From Actinomycetota bacterium (lineage in GTDB: Bacteria > Actinomycetota > Actinomycetes > S36-B12 > UBA5976), in assembly GCA_041158285.1 (NCBI GenBank), contig JBEBBR010000055.1:1-29220 (forward strand): a stretch of DNA of 29,220 nt. Reading direction: 5' to 3'. Below the pieces are notes generated by a model. The model did not search any database and had not been told where the DNA came from. It saw only the letters and a list, made by a program, of their open reading frames with translations. Each line of letters begins with the position of its first letter. Positions within the stretch are counted from its first letter, which is position 1. Positions 19,218 through 27,669 of this stretch are shown piece after piece. The position numbers were made by a program, and so were the translations under genes.

Positions 19218-20531
19218 CTACCCAGCGAACTCATGGGAAGCAATCGCCGTTCCGAATATTTCGATCCAAGTATCAGTCAGCACCTGTTTCCAGATGGTTT
19301 GATCATCAATGGCGAGCACATCCCACGTAATACAAAGATAAATGGATTGGCCTATTCCAACTGATGTAATACTGACTGCTGCACCTATGGGGGCAACAAG
19401 CGGCCAAATCGCAGACGCAACATGTGAATCAATGTGCCCCAGCTTTGGCACTCCCCGCAAGGTGCTGATAGTTGCATCGGCTTGTTTCACTGCGTTAGCC
19501 AGCAAATCAATAGGAACAAGCCGACTTGCATCAACCAATTGACCAGCCAGAGCTAGACCGGGTTCAGCGCGCCATTGCCGCAGTCTTTCGTGGCTACGCT
19601 GCATAAGTTGATCAAAGTTGGCGTCATCAAGGCTGCAATTCAAGCGAGCCACGATCATTCGATTGGATGCCGCGTCCTCGACATTCATTGCAACAGGAAT
19701 GTTGATGTGCGCTGCAGAAAGTGGTGTCCCAACGCGATTGTGATAATTCCACAATGCCTTCAGCACAAACGCAACTAGAGCATCATGTTGAGTAACGGCT
19801 TTACCTTTGATGAGTGAGCGCACACTGCTTTTTTCAAGTTGATAGAAATTGAACTCGAAGTTCGCTCCTCGAGCAGGTGTTGATCGCAATGAAGAAATTT
19901 GTGGAATTTGAAGTAGTCGAGAAAGGCTCGAAACGACTGAGTTGATATCGCCGATCAGTCCAACAGGATCACGCAAAGCTCTTTCGATGATTGGCTGAAG
20001 TGCTCGCTTTGTTTTGTCTGCTTGTTGTTCAACATTTTCAAAGTTGCCAAATTCAACTTTCTGAGACTCAATGCCGTGATTCTCATCGAACAAAAACCCT
20101 GCTAAAGCGAGTGCACCATTTCCATCTGAAATTGAGTGATGTAAGGCAGCGACTACGAAAGTTCGTTGAGACTTTCGAACTATGTGCAGTCGCCAGAGTG
20201 GCAAATTCAATTCAAAATCGGAGTTGGTACAGTCTTTCGCAAAAGCAGAAATATCAGTGACATCAAAATGTTCGACTACGAGTTTCGCGAAATCGAGAGT
20301 CGCTAATTCAACGAGATGTGCAACACCTTCAACGACTTCGACATGACACCGAAGAACTGGATGATGTTGAGTGGCTTTGAGTGCTCGTTCGCGAATAACT
20401 GAAAGTTGCGGATGACCTTCGAGTTCGATGATTCCAACAACGGTCGAACGAAGTGATGGATCGCTCTCCCCTATTCGCCATGTCGCCAAATCCCATCCGG
20501 ATAGCGGCACAGAAAATAGAGGAATTTCCAT
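19218..20531 (-). CDS. Wax ester synthase/diacylglycerol acyltransferase (WS/DGAT) family protein
   Basis: Catalytic HHxxxDG = HHSISDG (20121-20141), preceded by PLWRLHIV. The length of 437 aa, N-terminal LSGWDLATW, and the INIPVAM and C-terminal SITS motifs fit the WS/DGAT architecture. Confidence 0.8.
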   Translation of the reverse strand: MEIPLFSVPLSGWDLATWRIGESDPSLRSTVVGIIELEGHPQLSVIRERALKATQHHPVLRCHVEVVEGVAHLVELATLDFAKLVVEHFDVTDISAFAKDCTNSDFELNLPLWRLHIVRKSQRTFVVAALHHSISDGNGALALAGFLFDENHGIESQKVEFGNFENVEQQADKTKRALQPIIERALRDPVGLIGDINSVVSSLSRLLQIPQISSLRSTPARGANFEFNFYQLEKSSVRSLIKGKAVTQHDALVAFVLKALWNYHNRVGTPLSAAHINIPVAMNVEDAASNRMIVARLNCSLDDANFDQLMQRSHERLRQWRAEPGLALAGQLVDASRLVPIDLLANAVKQADATISTLRGVPKLGHIDSHVASAIWPLVAPIGAAVSITSVGIGQSIYLCITWDVLAIDDQTIWKQVLTDTWIEIFGTAIASHEFAG

Positions 20532-20532
20532 G

Positions 20533-21282
20533 TCAGTCGAGTTCGGCCATTACCTCGTCGGCAACATCAAAGTTTGCGTACACATTTTGAACGTCGTCGC
20601 TATCTTCGAGAGCATCGATGAGTTTGAAAATCTTGCGTGCGCCATCGGCATCAAGTGGAACAGTCACACTTGGCACCAATGATGAATCTGCTGAGTCATA
20701 GTCGATACCTGCAGCCTGAAGTGCTTCACGAACTCCGACCATGTCGTTTGGTTCGGAAATAACTTCGAAAACTTCACCAAGATCGTTAACTTCTTCGGCG
20801 CCAGCTTCGAGAACTGCCGACAAAACATCATCTTCAGTTAGTCCCGCTTTTGGAACGATGATGACACCTTTACGGCTGAACATGTATGACACAGAACCTG
20901 GGTCTGCCATGTTTCCATTGTTCTTACCCATTGCGGTACGAACTTCACCAGCGGCGCGGTTGCGATTGTCAGTAAGACATTCGATCAACACAGCAACACC
21001 GTTGGGGCCGTAACCTTCATACATAATCGTTTGCCAGTCAGCGCCACCGGCTTCGGCACCTGATCCGCGCTTGAGTGCGCGTTCGATGTTGTCGTTTGGC
21101 ACAGATGCTTTACGCGCTTTTTGAATTGCGTCGTAGAGAGTTGGGTTACCTGCAGGATCTGCACCACCAGTACGAGCCGAAACCTCAATTTGCTTCACAA
21201 GTTTGGCGAAAAGTTTGCCTCGCTTGGAGTCAATTGCAGCTTTTTTGTGCTTGGTGGTTGCCCATTTGGAATGGCCTGACAT
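20533..21282 (-). CDS. yebC: YebC/PmpR family protein
   Basis: [66 protein letters not shown]. Confidence 0.97.
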   Translation of the reverse strand: MSGHSKWATTKHKKAAIDSKRGKLFAKLVKQIEVSARTGGADPAGNPTLYDAIQKARKASVPNDNIERALKRGSGAEAGGADWQTIMYEGYGPNGVAVLIECLTDNRNRAAGEVRTAMGKNNGNMADPGSVSYMFSRKGVIIVPKAGLTEDDVLSAVLEAGAEEVNDLGEVFEVISEPNDMVGVREALQAAGIDYDSADSSLVPSVTVPLDADGARKIFKLIDALEDSDDVQNVYANFDVADEVMAELD

Positions 21283-21303
21283 GGTGAATGCCTCTCTGAC
21301 TCG

Positions 21304-21909
21304 CTATGCGCGATTTTCAACAGTATGGATGAAGTATGAATGAACTCGATCATCGGTGGTTAATTCGGGGTGGAATGAGGTTGCCATCACGTGGTTTTGT
21401 GCCACAGCAACCACTGCACCTTCATGTGGACCGGATTCGACGCGGGCCAAAACCTCGACATCTGGGCCGTGCGATTCAACCCACGGTGCTCGGATGAAGA
21501 CAGCCTTCAGGGCATCTTCTCCCCAAGCCGGAGCATGGAGATCTGCTTCGAAACTATCGACCTGGCGACCGAAAGCATTTCGGCGCACAGATATATCTAG
21601 TCCACCAAACGAGGTTTGCTCTGAGCGCGCATCAAGAATGTTGTTAGCGAGCATGATCATTCCTGCGCAAGATCCATAGACCGGCATACCCGCAGCGATT
21701 CGTTGACGCATTGGTTCAAGAACTTCGAATGCAACAGCAAGTTTTGAAATCGCGGTTGATTCACCACCAGGAACGATGACTGCCTGAACCGACGCCAAGT
21801 CTCGTGGAGTACGAACCAAAACCGGATTGTCTATTCCGCAACGTTGAAGAGCGTGAACGTGTTCGCGGAAATCTCCCTGAAGTGCGAGCACTCCAATTGC
21901 CGGGCGCAT
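21304..21909 (-). CDS. pdxT: PLP synthase glutaminase subunit PdxT
   Basis: [18 protein letters not shown], catalytic [29 protein letters not shown]. Confidence 0.96.
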   Translation of the reverse strand: MRPAIGVLALQGDFREHVHALQRCGIDNPVLVRTPRDLASVQAVIVPGGESTAISKLAVAFEVLEPMRQRIAAGMPVYGSCAGMIMLANNILDARSEQTSFGGLDISVRRNAFGRQVDSFEADLHAPAWGEDALKAVFIRAPWVESHGPDVEVLARVESGPHEGAVVAVAQNHVMATSFHPELTTDDRVHSYFIHTVENRA

Positions 21910-22841
21910 TACCAGCCGCGCTCAGCCAGACGATGAGGAACTGGAATGTCTGCAACGCTGATTCCAACCATTGCTTGACCAAGTCCACGAGAAACTTTTG
22001 CAAGAGTGTCAGGATCATTGAAGGCAGTAGTTGCTTTGACGATTGCTGAAGCGCGGGAAGCAGCATCAGCTGGACTTGCAGGTTTTCCTGGTCCGTAGTT
22101 GAAAATACCTGAGCCAACGAAAACACCATCAGCACCAAGCTGCATCATCATTGCGGCGTCAGCTGGTGTTGCGATGCCACCGGCAGTGAACAACACAACT
22201 GGCAAAGCGCCCTTTTCAGCAACTTCGCGAACGAGTTCGTACGGAGCCTGAAGTTCTTTAGCTGCAACATAAAGTTCGTCTTCACGCATGGAGCTAAGTG
22301 CGCGAATCTCTGCACCAATTTTGCGCATGTGAGTGGTTGCGTTTGAAACGTCACCAGTTCCAGCTTCACCCTTAGAGCGAATCATTGCTGCACCTTCGTT
22401 GATGCGGCGAAGTGCTTCACCAAGGTTGGTCGCACCACACACGAATGGAACTGTGTACTGCCACTTGTCGATGTGGTTGGAGTAATCAGCAGGTGTAAGA
22501 ACTTCGGACTCATCGATGTAATCAACACCGAGGGTCTGAAGAATCTGAGCCTCAACAAAATGACCGATGCGAGCCTTAGCCATAACCGGAATGGACACAG
22601 CAGAGATGATCTGATCGATCATGTCTGGATCGGACATGCGGGCAACGCCACCCTGCGCACGAATGTCAGCAGGAACGCGCTCAAGTGCCATGACCGCGAC
22701 AGCACCAGCATCTTCGGCAATCTTGGCTTGGGTCGCATCGACCACGTCCATGATGACGCCGCCTTTAAGCATCTCGGCCATACCGCGCTTTACACGGGCG
22801 GTTCCGACAACTGGTGCGTCTGAAGATTTATTGGTGCTCAC
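21909..22841 (-). CDS. pdxS: PLP synthase lyase subunit PdxS
   Basis: [84 protein letters not shown] start. Confidence 0.97.
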   Translation of the reverse strand: MSTNKSSDAPVVGTARVKRGMAEMLKGGVIMDVVDATQAKIAEDAGAVAVMALERVPADIRAQGGVARMSDPDMIDQIISAVSIPVMAKARIGHFVEAQILQTLGVDYIDESEVLTPADYSNHIDKWQYTVPFVCGATNLGEALRRINEGAAMIRSKGEAGTGDVSNATTHMRKIGAEIRALSSMREDELYVAAKELQAPYELVREVAEKGALPVVLFTAGGIATPADAAMMMQLGADGVFVGSGIFNYGPGKPASPADAASRASAIVKATTAFNDPDTLAKVSRGLGQAMVGISVADIPVPHRLAERGW

Positions 22842-22888
22842 TTTTGTGCCTCTTAAGTCTCGCTGGATAACGAAGTACGAATGGGTGA

Positions 22889-22894
22889 ATGGTA
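22889..22894 (-). promoter_or_regulatory. Candidate -10 element (TACCAT) for pdxS-pdxT-yebC
   Basis: TANNNT match in the 63-nt gap upstream of pdxS. Motif match only. Confidence 0.3.
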
Positions 22895-22904
22895 CGGGGA
22901 GATC

Positions 22905-23966
22905 TCAGGACTTGCTTGCACTGGCTGAGGGTGAAGGTGATTTCGTAGGTTCAACCGTGTTGATTTTCACATCAGTGCTCTCTGTGGTCACAAGCCACCA
23001 CGAGTTTCCAGCTGCTACGGCGATTTCCTGGCCAGCTTTGGTGTACCAGCGAGGCAAATCTGTTCCGAGCGGACGCTTCCACACAGCCTCAATGGTCTGG
23101 CCGTTGGTCAAAACCCATCCTGTGCCCTGCCCGATGGTTTCTGGGTATGGAGTTCGGGCACCGGTCTTATCGCCAAATGGGCTATCTAGAAGGTAGGTGG
23201 ACATGATGAAAACATTGGTGGTCGTAGCGCGTTCCTCAACCACATCGCAGCAGTGCAGTGAAATCAATTTGGAGTCGTAGACCTTGATCTTCCAAGCTTT
23301 GAGGGCGTTGTCCCAGACGAAAGTCTTTTCAGATGCTGGCCACCCAACTACAACGTTCTTGGTAGGGACGCCTGCCGTAGGAGTCTCACTGATTTTCCAA
23401 CTTGAAGTCGGTTGCAATAACGCAGCGGCTGGATCATCGATTCTTGCTAACAAAGTTTGATAATCACCAATGTAATTGTGAGGCGCGTTGCGAGTCGTGT
23501 CACGGGAATATCCATCGCCGCCTTGCGGCGCTCCAACGAGTTGCATGGATGCGGCTTCAAGGTACGGACGCAATTTGGTCATCGAACCTGAATAGGCAAA
23601 ACCTGGCTTACCAAAAGCTTGCACTAAATCTGTGTCAGTAATGCGAGCACTGCGGACCGGACCAACGCGAACAGGCTGCTGCGATTGGTACACAGCGAAC
23701 AAACGAGTTAGCCCTCCTTCAACCGGTTCGACGATGACGAGATCGGCTTCATTAAGTGCGTACTGAGGTCGAGCTTGTTTGACGTCATCAATTTTGACTA
23801 CGAGAACTGGAATTGTCTCGTCTGCGCAAAGTCCGGTGAGAGGTGAAGTCCAGCACTGAGTTTCGCTTGGAGTCGGCGATGAACTCGTTGCGGAAGGTTG
23901 ACTTGGTGAAGAACAAGCAGCGAGACCAGCCATAGCAAGAATGCCGACTAATCGAATTACCTTCAT
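22905..23966 (-). CDS. DUF3048 (YerB-like) lipoprotein
   Basis: Lipobox LAAC and a Ser/Pro/Thr linker, then SPLTG, VVKIDD...ARPQ..L..AD.V...VEGGLTR, GPVRSAR, APHN. Confidence 0.82.
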   Translation of the reverse strand: MKVIRLVGILAMAGLAACSSPSQPSATSSSPTPSETQCWTSPLTGLCADETIPVLVVKIDDVKQARPQYALNEADLVIVEPVEGGLTRLFAVYQSQQPVRVGPVRSARITDTDLVQAFGKPGFAYSGSMTKLRPYLEAASMQLVGAPQGGDGYSRDTTRNAPHNYIGDYQTLLARIDDPAAALLQPTSSWKISETPTAGVPTKNVVVGWPASEKTFVWDNALKAWKIKVYDSKLISLHCCDVVEERATTTNVFIMSTYLLDSPFGDKTGARTPYPETIGQGTGWVLTNGQTIEAVWKRPLGTDLPRWYTKAGQEIAVAAGNSWWLVTTESTDVKINTVEPTKSPSPSASASKS

Positions 23967-24514
23967 GCAAATATCTCCAAACCAACTGGAACCGAGTCAT
24001 CCATGTCTAATGCTGTCGGCACATCGGTGTGTCCCGCCAAACGAAACCAACGTACAACTTTGCGTCTATGGAGCAATTGTGCTGCACCGACCGCGTCATT
24101 GTGAAAACGTCTAGCGAGTTGCACCCGACGACAGGCCTGAGCCAGATCCGACAAAATGCTTCGAGTGTCAGTCGCGGCTGCGAGTTCGGCGACCGCATCG
24201 GCATCATCGAAAACTGCGACGAGGGCTTTAGTGAATTCGCTTTCGGCAAAAATGTATTCTGATTGCGAACGTTCAGCAGCTGTTGTGACTCGTTCAACTT
24301 CTTCGGCGAGAATATTTGCACTCACTGGGTCAAGCAGATTGAGAACCAACAATTTCGACACTGAACTTGCACGACGTGCAAGTTGAAGCTCGAGAGAAAT
24401 TGCTGCCTGATCACGCCTAATGTGAACTCGATCAAGTCGACCAGCGATACTAGAAAATCGCCATACGAAGAATGCGATAACCAGGAAAGCAATTATCAAT
24501 TGGGAGTTTGTCAT
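23963..24514 (-). CDS. LemA-like membrane-anchored protein
   Basis: N-terminal TM helix, helical body (RLDRVH...LARRAS) and ARRFHNDAV motif. Usual gene downstream of pimA in many actinobacteria. Confidence 0.72.
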   Translation of the reverse strand: MTNSQLIIAFLVIAFFVWRFSSIAGRLDRVHIRRDQAAISLELQLARRASSVSKLLVLNLLDPVSANILAEEVERVTTAAERSQSEYIFAESEFTKALVAVFDDADAVAELAAATDTRSILSDLAQACRRVQLARRFHNDAVGAAQLLHRRKVVRWFRLAGHTDVPTALDMDDSVPVGLEIFA

Positions 24515-25674
24515 GGAATATCAGGCGCCAATCTTCCAACAATTTGTCCACGCAAATCTTCTTGCACTGGTCCAGAGCCTTCGACAACAGTTGCATAGAC
24601 GTCAAGAATTTGGGTTGCTACTCGACTCCAATCGAATTCTTGAACACGATCGAATCCATCCGCAGCAAACTGCGAACCCATCTGTGGATCTTGTAAAAGT
24701 TTCCGCAATGAATCCGCAAGGGCTGCAGCAGATTCGTTTTCAAAAATTAATCCAGCACGGCCGTAATCGAGGACTCGTACAAATGCAGGTAGGTCACTTG
24801 CGATTACAGGTGTTTTACATGCCATTGCTTCAAGCAAAACAATGCCAAAAGATTCGCCACCAGTGTTCGGGGCAACATAGATTCCACTTGAGCGAAGCAT
24901 GCGCGCTTTGTCATGATCAGAAACTCGCCCCAAGAATGTGATGCGTTGTTTCAAAGTGTCCGGCAATTCTTCGGTGGCGCTTTCACCATCACCGGGGCCA
25001 GCAACCAACAACCGAACTTCTGGAAACTCATCGGCAATCAAACCGAAAGCTTCGAGCAAAATGGAAAAACCTTTTCGCGGTTCTTCGAGTCGACCGAGGA
25101 ATGCAATTTGCTGTGGATTTCGTCCACCATCAAACGGCTCAACATCTGCGAAATTCTTCACGTGCACACCGTTAGGAATAAGGACTGCATCTCCCCCGAC
25201 ATGTTCGACAATGGTATTGCGGGCTAATTCACTAACTGCGATCCGAGCCGTGATTTTTTCGAGTGCCGTCTGTGCCAATCCATATCCTGCACTGAGAATG
25301 CGGGAACGATCCATTGATGAGTGGAAAGTGGCAACAACTGGGCCGACCGCTGCCCAACAAGCTAAAGCCGAAAGACTTGGCGAAAGTGGTTCATGCACAT
25401 GCAATACATCGAAATTGCCATTGCGAATCCACTTGCGAACCTTTTGTGTTGCTCTAAAACCGAAAGCCAATCGGGCAACAGAACCGTTATATGAGATGGC
25501 GATTGAGTCTCCACCTGAAACAACCCAATCAGGCAATGGGTCATCACTCGACGTTGGGGCAAGAACGCTGACGCTGTGTCCGCGTTCCATTAATTCGAGA
25601 GCTAAGTCATAAATATGTGCTTGCACCCCACCAGGGACCGACCAGTCGTATGGGCACACAATGCCGATTTTCAT
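24511..25674 (-). CDS. pimA: GT4 glycosyltransferase, phosphatidyl-myo-inositol alpha-mannosyltransferase PimA
   Basis: MKIGIVCPYDWSVPGGVQAH, HVHEP, VATFH, IPNGV, GRLEEPRKG, GGESFGIVLLEAMA. Position in the pgsA-acyltransferase-pimA operon. Confidence 0.9.
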   Translation of the reverse strand: MKIGIVCPYDWSVPGGVQAHIYDLALELMERGHSVSVLAPTSSDDPLPDWVVSGGDSIAISYNGSVARLAFGFRATQKVRKWIRNGNFDVLHVHEPLSPSLSALACWAAVGPVVATFHSSMDRSRILSAGYGLAQTALEKITARIAVSELARNTIVEHVGGDAVLIPNGVHVKNFADVEPFDGGRNPQQIAFLGRLEEPRKGFSILLEAFGLIADEFPEVRLLVAGPGDGESATEELPDTLKQRITFLGRVSDHDKARMLRSSGIYVAPNTGGESFGIVLLEAMACKTPVIASDLPAFVRVLDYGRAGLIFENESAAALADSLRKLLQDPQMGSQFAADGFDRVQEFDWSRVATQILDVYATVVEGSGPVQEDLRGQIVGRLAPDIP

Positions 25675-26570
25675 CGTGACTTACCTCCCCACGCAGCAGG
25701 ATGATCAAGCCATAATTGTTGCAGCATGTGCCAACTGGTTGGGTGGGCACGAACAATCTGTTCAAAACTTGTTGCCATAGATTGAGTGACTGCCTCGATG
25801 GTGTTCTGATCCCACTCCAAAGCTGGGAAGAACTCGAGCACTGTGTCTGGCCCATCAAAAGAAATAGAAACAGGAATGATTTCAGCGCCTGACTCGAGAG
25901 CAAGTTTTGCGGGACCAGCAGGCATTTTGGTTGTGTGACCCAAGAATGTCACTTCAATTCCACCGCGTGAAAGATCTCGATCGCATGCCAGGGCAACAGG
26001 CTTGCCTTGCACAATGCGTTCAGACAGAATTTCAAACGCAGGTCGCGCTCCACCGCGATGTGGCAAAATCTCGATGTGATGCTTTGCACGTGCTGTAACG
26101 AACGCTTCGAATAATTGTTCTGGCTTGAGTCGCTCAGCAACTGTGATCAGCGAGCCGAAGGCATGTGCCGCCCAGGCTCCAGCGTGATCCCAGTTACCTG
26201 AATGTGTGGCAACAACAACAAATCCTTTTCCAGACTTGATGAGGTCCAGCGGAATGTTTTCGTTTATGAGTTTGGTGCGAGATTGAATGTTTTCATTAGT
26301 CCAATTTGAAATTCGAAACATTTCGCACCAGTAGCGAAAATATGAATCAATAGTTTGTCGAGCTAGATCTGAGACTTCTTTACTGTCTGGAGCAAAACCT
26401 GACACGCGACTCAGATTGAACTTGAGTCGTTTGATCGAGACACCATCGCGGGCAAAGAATTGACGACCAAAGAATTTGAAAAACGAACGCATGATCGATT
26501 CAGGAACGTACTTGCCGGTCCACCATCCCGCTTTGAAAGCGAGAACCAAAAAGCGCTCTTGCAAGCTCAT
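25671..26570 (-). CDS. patA: Phosphatidylinositol mannoside acyltransferase (PatA-like)
   Basis: SYFRYWCEMFR, HxxxxD-type HSGNWD, VAERLKPE, LACDRDL, F.G....MPAGPA, PTSWHMLQQLW. Located between pgsA and pimA. Confidence 0.88.
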   Translation of the reverse strand: MSLQERFLVLAFKAGWWTGKYVPESIMRSFFKFFGRQFFARDGVSIKRLKFNLSRVSGFAPDSKEVSDLARQTIDSYFRYWCEMFRISNWTNENIQSRTKLINENIPLDLIKSGKGFVVVATHSGNWDHAGAWAAHAFGSLITVAERLKPEQLFEAFVTARAKHHIEILPHRGGARPAFEILSERIVQGKPVALACDRDLSRGGIEVTFLGHTTKMPAGPAKLALESGAEIIPVSISFDGPDTVLEFFPALEWDQNTIEAVTQSMATSFEQIVRAHPTSWHMLQQLWLDHPAAWGGKSR

Positions 26571-27169
26571 TCAGCAACACCGCGGTACACAGCAACCATT
26601 CGCTGAATAACAGTGACGACGTTAAGAAATGTCAGTACAGCGAGTCCAATCGCAATCACATGCGGATAACCCAAAGCAGCAAGTAGCACAGAACCAACCA
26701 CAACCAGCAGTCGTTCACTACGTTCCATGATGCCGACCTTGCAGGCAATTCCAACCGATTCAGACTTTGCACGGATGTAAGGAATAAGCGACCCAGTAAC
26801 AAGCGCAGCCATCGCATAGCTGGCACCTGCAATGTTCTGCTCAGAAACAAACCAAAAACCTAGTGCCGCAATCATCGCTGCATCAGTGACACGATCCATT
26901 ACGCTATCGAGAAAACCGCCCCATGGAGTTGAGGATCCGGACATTCGTGCCATGGTTCCGTCTAAGAGATCTCCGGCAACAAATGGCACACAGAGCGCTA
27001 ACCCAATTGCGAAGTTTCCAAAAGACCAGGTCATTAAAACAATGACCGATACAGAAAGTGATGCAACGAATGTCACAGTGTTTGCAGAGATGTTGAGTCG
27101 AAGCAATCCACGTGCGATGGGATCCACCACATTTGCGGCAATCGCACGGGCCTTGTTGTTATCAAGCAT
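26567..27169 (-). CDS. pgsA: CDP-alcohol phosphatidyltransferase, phosphatidylinositol phosphate synthase
   Basis: ISANTVT, DLLDGTMAR..G...WGGFLDSVMDR, Y.RAKSE, GIMERSERL. Start taken as ATG 27169 (MLDN), overlapping the HIT stop. Confidence 0.9.
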   Translation of the reverse strand: MLDNNKARAIAANVVDPIARGLLRLNISANTVTFVASLSVSVIVLMTWSFGNFAIGLALCVPFVAGDLLDGTMARMSGSSTPWGGFLDSVMDRVTDAAMIAALGFWFVSEQNIAGASYAMAALVTGSLIPYIRAKSESVGIACKVGIMERSERLLVVVGSVLLAALGYPHVIAIGLAVLTFLNVVTVIQRMVAVYRGVAE

Positions 27170-27662
27170 CGCGCCATGCCTTTGAGAAAAGATCTCTGGT
27201 CTCACTCAACAACTGAGGCATAACTTTTGTTGAACCAATGACTGGCATGAAGTTGGCATCGCCACTCCATCGCGGAACCACATGTTGATGTAGGTGTGCA
27301 GCGATACCTGCGCCTGCGAGTGCACCTTGATTCATTCCAATATTGAAACCGTGTGCACCGGAAACGCTGCGGATTACGCGCATTGCTTTTTGGGTGAGCG
27401 CTGCGATTTCAGCAGTTTCAATTTCGGTTGCTTCTGAATAGTCTCCGAAGTGACGGTAAGGACACACCAAAAGATGTCCAGTGTTGTATGGATAAAGATT
27501 CAGAACAACGTAGGCATGTTCGCCTCGATGAACAATCAAACCCTCTTCATCAGAAAGTGTTGGAACTTTGCAGAAAGGACAATCATCAACGTGAGGCGCT
27601 ACACCAGCTTTGATGTATTCAATTCGATGTGGCGCCCATAAGCGCTCCCATGCCTCAGTCAT
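27162..27662 (-). CDS. HIT family protein (Ap4A phosphorylase-like, Rv2613c type)
   Basis: LWAPHRIEYI, CPFC, LNLYPYNTGHLLVCPYRH, FNIGMNQG..AGAGIAAHLHQHVVPRWSGDANF. Confidence 0.9.
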   Translation of the reverse strand: MTEAWERLWAPHRIEYIKAGVAPHVDDCPFCKVPTLSDEEGLIVHRGEHAYVVLNLYPYNTGHLLVCPYRHFGDYSEATEIETAEIAALTQKAMRVIRSVSGAHGFNIGMNQGALAGAGIAAHLHQHVVPRWSGDANFMPVIGSTKVMPQLLSETRDLFSKAWRDA

Positions 27663-27669
27663 GATGAAC

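Noticed and set aside
22621-23196. 191-aa plus-strand ORF spanning the pdxS/DUF3048 junction
   Set aside because: Antisense to two well-supported genes, with Ser/Thr/Ala-rich shadow composition and no motif.
24938-25612. 224-aa plus-strand ORF
   Set aside because: Antisense shadow of pimA with no SD or domain features.
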